This document shows, one piece after another, positions 42,676-52,327 of a stretch of 64,000 nt of DNA; the first letter of the stretch is position 1; the number at the start of each line of letters is the position of its first letter. This stretch comes from an uncultured Spirochaetota bacterium (GTDB taxonomy: Bacteria > Spirochaetota > Spirochaetia > SZUA-6 > Fen-1364), in NCBI GenBank assembly GCA_963781885.1, contig CAWAHW010000002.1:96001-160000 (forward strand), given 5' to 3'. The notes below the pieces were generated by a model, which was not told where the DNA came from, made no database searches, and was given only the letters and a program-made list of their open reading frames with translations. The position numbers and the translations under genes are program-made.

Positions 42676-43992
42676 ATGGACGAGGCAGCCAAAAAGCAAG
42701 GTCCCGACGATCACTACCACCTCCGCTGTCCACTGTGCGGAGGCATCTTCGCGGACAGGCCCGATCGTTTCCTGCTCACCTGCCCCGAGCCACACGCCCC
42801 CGCGCTCCTTCGCGCCCGCTACCGTCAGAGGCGCCTCGTGGCGCACCCCGAGCACACGGGAGTGTTCCGATTCTTCGACTGGCTGCCCGTACGACGCGCT
42901 CTGAAAGGCGGTGTCGGCCCGACAGTTTTCCAGAGCACCGGCCTGGGGCCTTCACTCGGCCTGGACAACCTTTTCATCATTTGGAACGGTTGGTGGCCCG
43001 AGAAGGGCGGCTTCATGGAGACCTGCACATTCAAGGAGCTCGAGGCGCAGGCGGTCTGCGGGCGCATCGGCGACGGCTGGCAGGATTCGCTCGTCGTTTC
43101 CTCCGCGGGGAACACGGCGCGCGCCTTCCACCAGGCCTGCACGCGCCACGGCGTGCCCGCCCTCCTGGTCGTGCCGGGACACGGGCTTCCCCTGCTCTGG
43201 AGCACGACCCCCTCACAGCCGCACGTCCGCCTGGCCGTGCTGGATGGCGGGGCGGATTACGCCGATGCAATTGCGCTGGGAAACGGCATCGCCCGCACGC
43301 GCGGATACTTCCCCGAAGGCGGCGCGCTCAACGCTGCCCGGCGCGACGGCATGGGCACGGTGGTGCTGGCCGCGGTGGAGAAGACGGGACGCGTCCCGCA
43401 GCATTACTTTCAAGCCGTGGGAAGCGGCACAGGAGCCATCGCGGCGTGGGAGATGAATCTGCGTCTCATGGAAGACGGAAGATTCGGCGCGGAGAAGATG
43501 CGCCTCCATCTCTCGCAGAATGCGCCCTTCACGCCCATGGTCGACGCCTGGGAGGCGGGCAGGCGCGAGCTTGCGGAGATACCCGGCGGGCGCGCGCTTG
43601 CCGCCTCCATTCACGCCCCGGTGCTCTCCAACAGGAATCCGCCGTACGGGATCGCCGGTGGGCTCTACGATGCCCTCAGCGATACCGGCGGCTTCATGTA
43701 CAGGGTCACCGCCGCGGAGGCAGGGGCCGCGGGCCGGCTTTTCGAGAAGACAGAGGGAAGCGATATCGACCCGGCGGCAGAGGTCGCCGTGGCATCGCTC
43801 CGGCAGGCGGTTGATCTCGGCAGGATCGGCGCGCATGACCTGGTGGCCCTCAACATCACCGGCGGCGGCCAGATCCGGCTGCGTCGGGACAAGAGACCCG
43901 CGGCGCTCCGGCCGCAGGCGACCCTCTCCATGAACGACGTGCGGCGGGAAGGGGAGGGGGCGCCGGCACTATTGAGAGAGGCACTGGCATGA
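42676..43992 (+). CDS. Cysteate synthase (CapA-like, threonine synthase family)
   Basis: WNGWWPEKG, TCTFKELEA (PLP Lys), SSAGNTARAF, EGGALNAARRDGMGT, YFQAVGSGTGAIAAWE, VLSNRNPPY and LNITGGG match my recollection of the cysteate synthase family. Confidence 0.85.
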   Translation: MDEAAKKQGPDDHYHLRCPLCGGIFADRPDRFLLTCPEPHAPALLRARYRQRRLVAHPEHTGVFRFFDWLPVRRALKGGVGPTVFQSTGLGPSLGLDNLFIIWNGWWPEKGGFMETCTFKELEAQAVCGRIGDGWQDSLVVSSAGNTARAFHQACTRHGVPALLVVPGHGLPLLWSTTPSQPHVRLAVLDGGADYADAIALGNGIARTRGYFPEGGALNAARRDGMGTVVLAAVEKTGRVPQHYFQAVGSGTGAIAAWEMNLRLMEDGRFGAEKMRLHLSQNAPFTPMVDAWEAGRRELAEIPGGRALAASIHAPVLSNRNPPYGIAGGLYDALSDTGGFMYRVTAAEAGAAGRLFEKTEGSDIDPAAEVAVASLRQAVDLGRIGAHDLVALNITGGGQIRLRRDKRPAALRPQATLSMNDVRREGEGAPALLREALA

Positions 43993-45233
43993 GCGACATC
44001 TTTGAAAAGTGCGGCACGGACGGCGGCTACTTCGGACGCTTCCGGGTCCAGGGAGACATGTACTTCTCCCAGCCCATACTCGAGGGCGCGCCCGGGCCGC
44101 GCATGAAGTTCCAGGGCAAGGACGTGATCGTCTGGGCCATCAACAACTACCTGGGCATCGCGGGCCGCGACGAGCTCACCGCCGCGGCGGCCGCTGCGCT
44201 TTCGCGGCACGGCCCGAGCGCGCCGATGGGCTCGCGTCTGCTCACGGGCAACTCCGAGCAGCACATCGAGCTGGAGAGGCGCCTCGGCGCCTTCTGCGGC
44301 AAGCCCGCCTCCATCGTGTTCAATTACGGCTACCTTGGCGTGCTGGGAACCGTCTCCGCGCTGGTCGGCCGCGACGACGCGGTGGTGATCGACTCCCTCT
44401 CCCATGCCTCCATGATCGATGCAACGGTGCTCGCCTCCGCGGGCAGGCGCTTTCGGCCCTACAAGCACAACGACATGGACGACCTGGAGCGCCACCTGCG
44501 CGGCGCGCGCGCGGACGTGAAGGGCGGCATCCTTGTCATCACGGAAGGCGTTTTCGGCATGAAGGGCAATCTGGCCCGGCTGCCCGACATCTGCCGGCTT
44601 GCAAAGCAATACGGCGCGCGGCTTTTCGTCGACGACGCGCATGGTTTCGGCGTGATGGGGGCGAACGGCCGCGGCACGGGCGAGCACTTCGGCTGCCAGG
44701 ACGGCATCGACCTGTATTTCGGAACTTTTGCAAAGGCCTTTGCCGCCATCGGCGGGGTGACCGCAGGAGAGAAGAGCGTCGTCGAGTGGGTGCGCTACAA
44801 CGCCCGCACGAATGTCTTCGCCAAGGCGCTGCCGCTCGTCTACGTGAAGACGGTGGAAGCGGCGCTCACGCTCGTGGAGAACGAGCCGCAGCGTCGGGAG
44901 CGCATGTGGGCCATCGCCAAGAGACTCCAGGCGGGGCTCGTGGATCTTGGTTTCGACATCGGCGGCACGGAGTCTCCCATCACGCCGGTCTACGTCATTG
45001 CGGGAAACGAAGAGACCGCGATGGCCATGATCGCCGATCTGCGGGAGAAGCACGGCGTCTTCGTCTCCGGGGTCACCTATCCGGTCGTGCCGCGCGGGGT
45101 CATCCTTTTCCGCATGATCCCCACCGCGGCGCACACGGAGGAGGACGTGGACAGGACCATCGACGCGTTCCGCGCGATGCGCGATTCGATGAAGCTCGAT
45201 CTTTCCACCAAGCCGTCGCAGCAGAATCGATGA
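43989..45233 (+). CDS. Alpha-oxoamine synthase family PLP acyltransferase (SPT / CapB cysteate acyltransferase-like)
   Basis: W..NNYLG, APMGSRLLTG, HASMID, TEGVFGM, VDDAHGFG, YFGTFAKA and YPVVPRG...RMIPTAAH. Confidence 0.85.
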   Translation: MSDIFEKCGTDGGYFGRFRVQGDMYFSQPILEGAPGPRMKFQGKDVIVWAINNYLGIAGRDELTAAAAAALSRHGPSAPMGSRLLTGNSEQHIELERRLGAFCGKPASIVFNYGYLGVLGTVSALVGRDDAVVIDSLSHASMIDATVLASAGRRFRPYKHNDMDDLERHLRGARADVKGGILVITEGVFGMKGNLARLPDICRLAKQYGARLFVDDAHGFGVMGANGRGTGEHFGCQDGIDLYFGTFAKAFAAIGGVTAGEKSVVEWVRYNARTNVFAKALPLVYVKTVEAALTLVENEPQRRERMWAIAKRLQAGLVDLGFDIGGTESPITPVYVIAGNEETAMAMIADLREKHGVFVSGVTYPVVPRGVILFRMIPTAAHTEEDVDRTIDAFRAMRDSMKLDLSTKPSQQNR

Positions 45234-46039
45234 GCCGGGCGCTCGTGACCGGCGCCTCCCGCGGCATCGGGAAGGCCATTGCCGCTTCACTGGTCGCTGC
45301 CGGATACGAGGTTGTCGGCACGAGCCGGCATCCCGAGGCGCTTCCTCCGCACGACAGGATTGACGGCGTCCGCTACCTTGCACTCGACCTGTTGGAGGCC
45401 GGAAGCATCGCGTCGCTTGCGCGGGAAGCCGGACCGGTGGACGTCCTGGTGAGCAATGCCGGGCAGAGCCAGATCGGCGCGGTGGAAGAGCTGCCGGTCG
45501 ACGAGGTGAGAAGGCTTTTCGAGGCGAATCTCTTTGGCGCGCTGCGGGTGATACAGCTATTTCTTCCCGGCATGCGCCAGAGGCGCGCGGGAAAAGTCAT
45601 TGCGGTCGCTTCCATGGCCGCCGTCACACCCGTGCCTTTTCTCTCCTCCTACGCGGCGAGCAAGGCTGCCCTTGTGGCGATGATGCGCGGGCTGCGCTAT
45701 GAGACGGCATCCTTCGGGATCACGGTCGCCGTCGTTGCCCCCTTCGATATCAACACGAGCATTCCCCTGGACATCCGCTACGATGAGCGCTCGGCCTACA
45801 TGCCCGACATCGCCACGGTGCACCAGAGGCGCGACAAGGCCCTTGCCGAAGCGCCGGGACCCGATCTGGTCGCACGCAAGGTGATCTCCATCCTCCGCTC
45901 GCGCCGGCCCGGCTTCTTTCATCCCGTGGGCCGCGGGGCGGGGCTGAACGCGTTTCTCCTGCGGCATCTGCCCGCGAGGACAGTGGAGCGCATCATCCGG
46001 CGCCTCTTTGGGCTTCCGCGAGGGGCAGCTTCACGGTAA
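45230..46039 (+). CDS. Short-chain dehydrogenase/reductase (CapC 3-dehydrocapnine reductase-like by context)
   Basis: TGASRGIG, SNAG and YAASK. Translationally coupled to the acyltransferase. Confidence 0.8.
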   Translation: MSRALVTGASRGIGKAIAASLVAAGYEVVGTSRHPEALPPHDRIDGVRYLALDLLEAGSIASLAREAGPVDVLVSNAGQSQIGAVEELPVDEVRRLFEANLFGALRVIQLFLPGMRQRRAGKVIAVASMAAVTPVPFLSSYAASKAALVAMMRGLRYETASFGITVAVVAPFDINTSIPLDIRYDERSAYMPDIATVHQRRDKALAEAPGPDLVARKVISILRSRRPGFFHPVGRGAGLNAFLLRHLPARTVERIIRRLFGLPRGAASR

Positions 46040-47828
46040 AACTGGTCTTGCTGCCGGGCACACTGGAAAAGCTGAGGCTGCCGCGGTGGGCCTCCACGAT
46101 GTGCTGGCAGATCGACAAGCCCAGCCCCGTGTTTGTCTTCGTCATCTTCGTGCTGAAAAAAGGCGTGAAAATCCGGTCCTGGATCTCGCGGGGGATGCCG
46201 TAGCCGTTGTCCATGACGGTCACCTCCGCGCAGTCCTCCTCCCGGTTGTGCTGCATCGTCACCTCGATGAGACCGTGGTCCAGCACCGCCTCCACGCTGT
46301 TCATGACGAGGTTGATGAAGAGCTGCTTCAGCTTGTTCTCTTCACCGCTCACGACCAGCGGCTGCTCCGGGAAGCTTGTCCGCACCACGAGACGCTTCTG
46401 GTTCAGCTTGTGACCGAGCAGAAGGATCACCTCGCCCAGAAGCTCCCCGAGGTTCACGGTGCGGCCGTCCACCTGGCTCACGCGTGAGAAGGAGAGCAGG
46501 CTGCCGACGATCGCGACGATCCGGCTGAGCTCATTTTCGATCTTTCCGAGCTTCTCCTTCCCGTCCCCGTCCAGATCCTTCAGCTTCAGAAGCTCGACGT
46601 AGTTCTGGATGATGCCCAGCGGGTTGTTGATCTCGTGTGCCACCCCGGCGGCGAGCTCCGCGATGGAGGCGATCTTCTCCGCGCGCAGGAGGTACTCCTT
46701 CACGAAGTGGTCCATCGACACGTCTTCCAGCATGAGGATGGTCCCCGTGAACCTGTAGTCCTCGTCTTGCAGAGGGAAGCTCTTCAGGAGCAGGAAGCGT
46801 TCGTCGTTCACGGTGATGCCTTCCCAGCTGTGGCGCTCGCGGCCGACGATCTTTTCGCAGATGTCGCCGGCATCGCTCACGTGATGGACCTCCAGCATCT
46901 CGCCGATGGGCACGCGCGGCAGGACGTGATCGTCGGCGCCCAGGATGCGCCGCGCGGCCTGGTTGCTCAGGTAGATCCGGTTGTCGGTGTCCAGGATGAT
47001 CACGCCGACCGGCAGGTCGCTGATGATGCTCTCATTGTAGCGTTTGATCAGCGTGAGCTGCTGGTGCTGGCCCTCGCCCTCCTCGATGTTGAACATGAAG
47101 CTGTAGGCGAGCTTCAGGAGCTTGAACCGGTCCAGGTCGCGCACGAGCTCCGTGCCGCGCCGCTGCCCGTTCTTCAGCACCGTCACGCGGTCGGCGAACT
47201 TGAAGACCTCATCCACGCTCGTGGAGACGTAGATGATGGCCTTGTCGCGGCGGCGGTACTCGGTGAGAAGGCGGAACACCTGGTCCATCTCCTCCGAGTT
47301 CAGGCGGCTGGAGATCTCATCCACGACGAGGATGTCCGGCTCCAGGGATACGACGCGCGCGATCTCCACCATCTGCTGCTCGGCGAGGCTCAGCCGTCCG
47401 ACGGGCGTGTCCAGCGCGACGTGCACGTCGAGCTCCTCCAGCAGGTTGCGGCACCGTTCCCGCACCTCGGAGGGAAAACGCTGCCGCAGCCATACTTTCG
47501 GCAGCCTGCCCAGGGAGATGTTCTCCACGGCGTTCAGCGTCGGGATGAGGCTCAGGTTCTGGTAGACGATGCCGATGCCGTGCCGGATGGCCGCCCGGGG
47601 CGTGGGGAAATCCACCTCGCGGCCCTCCAGCAGGATCGTGCCCTTCTGCTTGCGCAGGTCGCCGCTCAGGATCTTCACGAGGCTGGATTTTCCGGAGCGT
47701 CGCTCCCCGACCAGGGCATGGATCTCCCCCGCGAACAGGTCGAAATCGACACCCTTCAGGGCGGCAACCTCGCCGAAGGAGAAATGGATGTTCTTCATCT
47801 GGAGAAGAGGAAGCCGGGGCTCCTTCAC
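45993..47828 (-). CDS. Sugar-ABC nucleotide-binding domain / PAS / NtrB-type histidine kinase fusion
   Basis: One uninterrupted ORF. NBD: GERRSGKS, IVYQNL, LSLAEQQMVEIAR, LVVDE, ADRVTVLKNG. PAS: SIISDLPVGVIILD. Kinase: AHEINNPL, QLFINLVMN, DNGYGI, FTPFFSTK, TGLGLSI. No TM helix. Confidence 0.9.
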   Translation of the reverse strand: MKEPRLPLLQMKNIHFSFGEVAALKGVDFDLFAGEIHALVGERRSGKSSLVKILSGDLRKQKGTILLEGREVDFPTPRAAIRHGIGIVYQNLSLIPTLNAVENISLGRLPKVWLRQRFPSEVRERCRNLLEELDVHVALDTPVGRLSLAEQQMVEIARVVSLEPDILVVDEISSRLNSEEMDQVFRLLTEYRRRDKAIIYVSTSVDEVFKFADRVTVLKNGQRRGTELVRDLDRFKLLKLAYSFMFNIEEGEGQHQQLTLIKRYNESIISDLPVGVIILDTDNRIYLSNQAARRILGADDHVLPRVPIGEMLEVHHVSDAGDICEKIVGRERHSWEGITVNDERFLLLKSFPLQDEDYRFTGTILMLEDVSMDHFVKEYLLRAEKIASIAELAAGVAHEINNPLGIIQNYVELLKLKDLDGDGKEKLGKIENELSRIVAIVGSLLSFSRVSQVDGRTVNLGELLGEVILLLGHKLNQKRLVVRTSFPEQPLVVSGEENKLKQLFINLVMNSVEAVLDHGLIEVTMQHNREEDCAEVTVMDNGYGIPREIQDRIFTPFFSTKMTKTNTGLGLSICQHIVEAHRGSLSFSSVPGSKTSFTVKLPLAEAQRGAG

Positions 47829-47829
47829 G

Positions 47830-49155
47830 CTAGGGCTCCAGGCCGAGCTTCTTCATCTTGTTGTACAGCGTCTTTCGATGGATGCGCAGGATTTCCGCGG
47901 CCTTGTGCTTCACGCCGTCGCTCTTCTCCAGCGCGTCGAGGATCATCTGGCGCGACACCGATTCGTAGGCATTGGCCAGGGTTGCCTGCCCGCTCACCGC
48001 GTAGTCGGTATACTGCCGCGGCAGGTCATCCACGGTGAGCTCCGTTGTTTCGCAGAAGATCACCGCGCGCTCGATGCAGTTCTTCAGCTCCCGGACATTG
48101 CCCGGCCAGTTGTGCGCCAGGAGGACCTGTCGGACCCCGGGTGAAAGCCCCTGGATCTGCTTCGAGTACTGCTCGTTGAACTGCAGGAGGAAATACCCCG
48201 CCAGGAGGCCGATGTCCTCCCGGCGCTCGCGCAGGGGCGGCAGGGCGATGCTGATCACCGACATGCGGTAGAACAGGTCCTCGCGGAAGGTGCCCGCGGC
48301 GATCATCTGCGCGATGTTCTTGTTCGTGGCGGCGATGATGCGCACGTCGGCCTTCACCGCCCGGGAGCCGCCCACGCGCGTGAGCGCGCGCTCCTGCAGG
48401 ACGCGCAGCAGCTTCGCCTGCGTGTCGAGGCTCAGGTCGCCGATCTCGTCCAGGAAGAGGCTGCCGCCGTCGGCGAGCTCGAACTTGCCCCGGTGCATCT
48501 TGTGCGCCCCGGTGAACGCCCCTTCCTCGTGACCGAAGAGCTCGCTCTCCAGCAGCGTCTCGGGTATCGCCGCGCAGTTGATCTTCACGAACGGTTTCGC
48601 GCTGCGGTGGCTGAGCGCGTGCAGGGCGTCGGCGACGAGCTCCTTGCCCGTGCCGCTCTCACCGGTGATCACGACGGAGGCATCCGTCGGGCCGACCTTG
48701 TCGATGGTGCGGAATATCTCCCGCATGCGCGGGTTGACCGACCAGACGCGGAAGCTCGGGGGAAGCAGCGGCTCCACGCGGCGGCGGAGGCCATTCGTCC
48801 GCGCGAGCTGCTCCACCTCGTTGAGGAGCTCGGGGATGCGGAGCGGCTTCTCGTAGAAGTTCATCGCCCCGTACCGCATTGCCCGCACGACGTTCTCCGC
48901 GCTCGCGAATCCCGAGATCATGATGATGGGGATCGAGCGATCCCTTTCCTTGACCTCCTTGAGCAGTGCGATCCCGTCCATCACCGGCATCTTCACGTCC
49001 ACGATGATCAGGTCGGGCGGGTCCTCAACGAGGAGGCCCGGCACCTCTTCCGGAAGCGTCGTGTGGCGCGCGCGATAGCCGTGGGACGTCAGCAGCTCGG
49101 ACAGGGAAAGGCACATCTCAATCTCATCGTCCACGATGAGAACGTTGAAGGCCAT
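47830..49155 (-). CDS. Sigma-54-dependent response regulator (NtrC family)
   Basis: Receiver VLIVDDE...DVKMP; AAA+ GESGTGKE, ELFGHEEGAFTGA, LFLDEIG, FREDLFYR, WPGNVREL; Fis-type HTH. Confidence 0.95.
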   Translation of the reverse strand: MAFNVLIVDDEIEMCLSLSELLTSHGYRARHTTLPEEVPGLLVEDPPDLIIVDVKMPVMDGIALLKEVKERDRSIPIIMISGFASAENVVRAMRYGAMNFYEKPLRIPELLNEVEQLARTNGLRRRVEPLLPPSFRVWSVNPRMREIFRTIDKVGPTDASVVITGESGTGKELVADALHALSHRSAKPFVKINCAAIPETLLESELFGHEEGAFTGAHKMHRGKFELADGGSLFLDEIGDLSLDTQAKLLRVLQERALTRVGGSRAVKADVRIIAATNKNIAQMIAAGTFREDLFYRMSVISIALPPLRERREDIGLLAGYFLLQFNEQYSKQIQGLSPGVRQVLLAHNWPGNVRELKNCIERAVIFCETTELTVDDLPRQYTDYAVSGQATLANAYESVSRQMILDALEKSDGVKHKAAEILRIHRKTLYNKMKKLGLEP

Positions 49156-49268
49156 GGCGCCATGATAGGCGGCGGCGCGCCTGAAATCAAGCGCGCGCCG
49201 CGGTTGCGTGCAGGAAGCGCCGTGTTGCGTGCCCCCCGGGATTCGTGTACAACGAGTGGTGAGAAGCC

Positions 49269-50360
49269 ATGCGCGGGGACACATCGACACGCCGGAGAGC
49301 TCTCGCCTGCGCCCTCTGCGTCACTCTCGCCGCCCTTGCCGCCGCCTCCTGTTCCGGGGCGAATGCCGGGCGGAAAGGCGCCTCTCCTCCCATCCGCATC
49401 GGATTCCTCGTGAAGCGCCCGGAAGAGCTGTGGTTCCAGAATGAATGGCGCTATGCGCAGAAATGCGCCGATACCAATGGCTTCCAGCTCATCAAGATCG
49501 GCGTGCCGGACGGCGACAAGGTGCTCGCCGCCATCGACAATCTTGCCGCGCAGGGCGCCCAGGGCTTCGTGATATGCACCCCTGACGTGCGCCTGGGACC
49601 GGCCATCCTCTCCCGCGCCTCCACCTATGGCATGAAGGTATTCACCGTCGACGACCAATTCGTGGGTCCTGACGGCAGCTTCATCAAGGTGCCCTACATG
49701 GGCATCTCCTCGCCGCAGATCGGCGCGGCGGTCGCGAACGCCCTCTACGACGAGTATCAGAAGCGCCAGTGGCGGCCCGAGGAGACGGCGGCACTCGCCG
49801 TGACATTCGACGAGCTGAACACCGTCAAGGAGCGCACCGACGCTGCGGCGGAAACCCTGAAGGCGCGAAGCTTCCCCGCGGACCGCATCTTCCGCATTCC
49901 CGAAAAAACGGCGGACCTGCCCGGCGCATTCGACGCCGCGAGCATCGCCCTGTCCCAGCACGCCGAGGTAAAGCGCTGGCTGGTTTTTTCCATCAACGAC
50001 GAGGGGGTGCTGGGGGCCATTCGCGCGATGGAAAACCGCGGCTTCAACGCCGACACGGTGATCGGCATCGGCATTGGCTCCAGCCTGGGCATCATCGAGT
50101 TTCGCAAGCGCGAGATCACGCCCTTCTTCGCGTTCTGTCTCATCAACCCATACATGCACGGCTTCCAGACCACCGAATGGCTCTACCGGTGGGTGAGCGC
50201 CGGCATCCAGCCGCCGATGGACACCCGCACCCCCGGTACGATCGTGACGCGCGACGACTATCGGGACATCTTCCAGAGCCGCGGACTTGAGGAGCTGCTC
50301 CTCCCGCAGCCGGGCGACGCGAAGCCGCAGGACGCCGACAGGGGACGGGGCGAATCATGA
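49269..50360 (+). CDS. Sugar ABC substrate-binding lipoprotein, L-arabinose-binding AraF-like
   Basis: Lipobox LAAASC; IGFLVKRPEELWFQNEW, GFVICTPDVRLGPAI, VDDQF and VPYMGIS resemble AraF. Confidence 0.85.
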   Translation: MRGDTSTRRRALACALCVTLAALAAASCSGANAGRKGASPPIRIGFLVKRPEELWFQNEWRYAQKCADTNGFQLIKIGVPDGDKVLAAIDNLAAQGAQGFVICTPDVRLGPAILSRASTYGMKVFTVDDQFVGPDGSFIKVPYMGISSPQIGAAVANALYDEYQKRQWRPEETAALAVTFDELNTVKERTDAAAETLKARSFPADRIFRIPEKTADLPGAFDAASIALSQHAEVKRWLVFSINDEGVLGAIRAMENRGFNADTVIGIGIGSSLGIIEFRKREITPFFAFCLINPYMHGFQTTEWLYRWVSAGIQPPMDTRTPGTIVTRDDYRDIFQSRGLEELLLPQPGDAKPQDADRGRGES

Positions 50361-51334
50361 ACGCCCGCGCGGATGCCCTTTCTCGCGGCCGGCTCGTCGC
50401 CGCCCGGGTGCGCGGCGCCTGGAGCCGCTACACGAGCCTCTTGATCCTGGTGGTCATCGTCGCCGCCTCTTCGATATTCGTCCCGCACTTCCTCTCTTGG
50501 ATCAACATCATCGGCTTGGGCCTGTCGATCTCCATGGTGGGCATGGTGGCCTGCTCGATGCTCCTGTGCCTGGCCTCCGGTGGATTCGATCTCTCGGTGG
50601 AATCGGTCGTCGCATTCTCCGGGGTGCTCGCCGCGGTCGTGATCAATTCCAGCGGCAGCGTGCTCGGTGGCGTCCTGGCAGGCATACTGGCCGGCGGTCT
50701 TGTCGGCGCGGTCAACGGGGCCATCGTCTCCTACTTTTCCCTGAATCCGCTGATCACCACCCTCGCCGTCATGCAGATCGTGCGCGGTCTCGGCTTTCTG
50801 GTCTCCCAGGGCTCGGCAGTGGGCGTGAACAATACGGGCTTTTTCGTTCTGGGTGCCGGGCGCATCCTGTCCATCCCGAACCCGATCTGGATCACCGTTT
50901 TTCTCATGATCCTCTTCGCGTTCGTGCTCACGCGCACCTCGTTCGGTCGCAACATGCGCGCGGTCGGGGGAAATGAGACGGCGGCGCGCTTGAAAGGGAT
51001 CGCGGTCAACCGCACGAAGATGATCGTCTATATCGTGCAGGGCTTGATCGCGGGTTTTGCCGGTGTCGTGCTCGCCTCCCGCATGACCAGCGGTCAGCCC
51101 AATACGTCCCAGGGATTCTCCATGGACGTGATTTCCGCCTGCGTCCTGGGCGGCGTATCGCTCTCGGGTGGCGTGGGGACGCTCAGCGGCACGATCATCG
51201 GTGTGCTGATCATGGGCTCCGTCCAGAATGCCATGAATCTTCTCAATATCCCGACCTTCTACCAGTACATCCTGCGCGGCTTCATCCTTCTCCTCGCCGT
51301 GCTTCTCGACCAGTTCAAACGCAGGAGCAAGTAG
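50357..51334 (+). CDS. Sugar ABC permease, AraH/RbsC-like
   Basis: FDLSVES, NPLITTLA, FGRNMRAVGGN..AARL.G, SRMTSGQP and ISACVLGGVSLSGG. Confidence 0.9.
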   Translation: MNARADALSRGRLVAARVRGAWSRYTSLLILVVIVAASSIFVPHFLSWINIIGLGLSISMVGMVACSMLLCLASGGFDLSVESVVAFSGVLAAVVINSSGSVLGGVLAGILAGGLVGAVNGAIVSYFSLNPLITTLAVMQIVRGLGFLVSQGSAVGVNNTGFFVLGAGRILSIPNPIWITVFLMILFAFVLTRTSFGRNMRAVGGNETAARLKGIAVNRTKMIVYIVQGLIAGFAGVVLASRMTSGQPNTSQGFSMDVISACVLGGVSLSGGVGTLSGTIIGVLIMGSVQNAMNLLNIPTFYQYILRGFILLLAVLLDQFKRRSK

Positions 51335-51345
51335 CCGCCGCGCCG

Positions 51346-51399
51346 CAACGTGCACGAATGTGCACGTCGACTATTGACGAGCGTGGCGCCACGTGCACG
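51346..51399. promoter_or_regulatory. Candidate enhancer (UAS) for the sigma-54 activator
   Basis: Inverted repeat CAACGTGCAC-GAAT-GTGCACGTCG (51346-51369) and a related CGTGGCGCCACGTGCACG (51382-51399), about 80-135 bp upstream of the -24 box. Confidence 0.5.
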
Positions 51400-51480
51400 A
51401 CGTCCTGGGCAGCGCGACTGGGGCACATTCTATTTGCTTACCATGAATGCAGTTGACTCATTTTCCCCGCGCGCTGCCCT

Positions 51481-51496
51481 TGGTACGCCGCTTGCA
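51481..51496 (+). promoter_or_regulatory. Sigma-54 (-24/-12) promoter
   Basis: TGGTAC-GCCGC-TTGCA versus consensus TGGCAC-N5-TTGCA. GG and GC are exactly 10 bp apart. Intergenic, upstream of a GAGGAGG RBS. Confidence 0.75.
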
Positions 51497-51539
51497 CCAT
51501 GAGCAGCGAGGCCCGGAACGGCTCGAGGAGGCTCAGGCG

Positions 51540-52327
51540 GTGGCGACGGCAGGCGACTACAAGACAGCAATCCGCATGGAAGGCATCGAGAAGTACTTCG
51601 GCAATGTCGCGGCGTTGCGCGGCATCAACCTGGAGGTCGGCAGGGACGAGGTCATCGGGTTGATCGGCGACAACGGGGCAGGAAAGTCCACGCTGATCAA
51701 GATCATGACGGGTGTCTTCCCCCCACCTCGGGTGCAATGTACCTGCGCGACCAGCCCGTATCCTTCTCGGGCTATAGCGTCCGTGAGGCGCACAAGCGCG
51801 GCATCGAGACGGTCTACCAGGACAAGTCACTCGGGGAGAAGCAGGTCCTCTGGAGGAACTTCTTCATCGGTCGGGAGATCACGCTCCCCTTCGGCTTCAT
51901 CGACGTGAAGAAGGAAAAGAAGATCGCCCAGGGCATCATGGTGGATACCATCGGGTTCCGCGGCAAGGGCATCACCGTGGAGTCGCGCGCAAGCAAGCTC
52001 TCCGGCGGCGAGCGCCAGGGCGTGGCCATCGGCCGCGCCATGCATTTCGAGGCGGACCTGATCATCCTGGATGAGCCCACGGTGGCCCTCTCCCTGAAAG
52101 AGGTGCGCAAGGTGCTCTCCTTCGTGCAGAAGATCAAGGAGGCCGGCAAGGCCTGCATCTACATCACGCACGATCTGCAGGATGTCTACCAGATATCGGA
52201 CCGTTTCATCGTGCTGGATAGAGGGGAGATCGTGGCAAGCATCGCGAAGAACGAGATCAGCCTGAAGGAGCTGGACACGTTCCTGCTCGAATACTCGCAC
52301 GGCCTGAAAGACAAGGTGCAGCCATGA
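51540..52327 (+). CDS. Sugar ABC transporter ATP-binding protein, single NBD (frameshift in the C-run near 51720)
   Basis: GDNGAGKST, IETVYQD, LSGGERQ, ILDEPT and YITH, all canonical. GTG start after GAGGAGG. Confidence 0.87.

Noticed and set aside
43989-45233. bioF or kbl assignment for the PLP acyltransferase
   Set aside because: No bio or tdh genes are nearby. Coupling to cysteate synthase and an SDR favours a CapB/SPT-type role.
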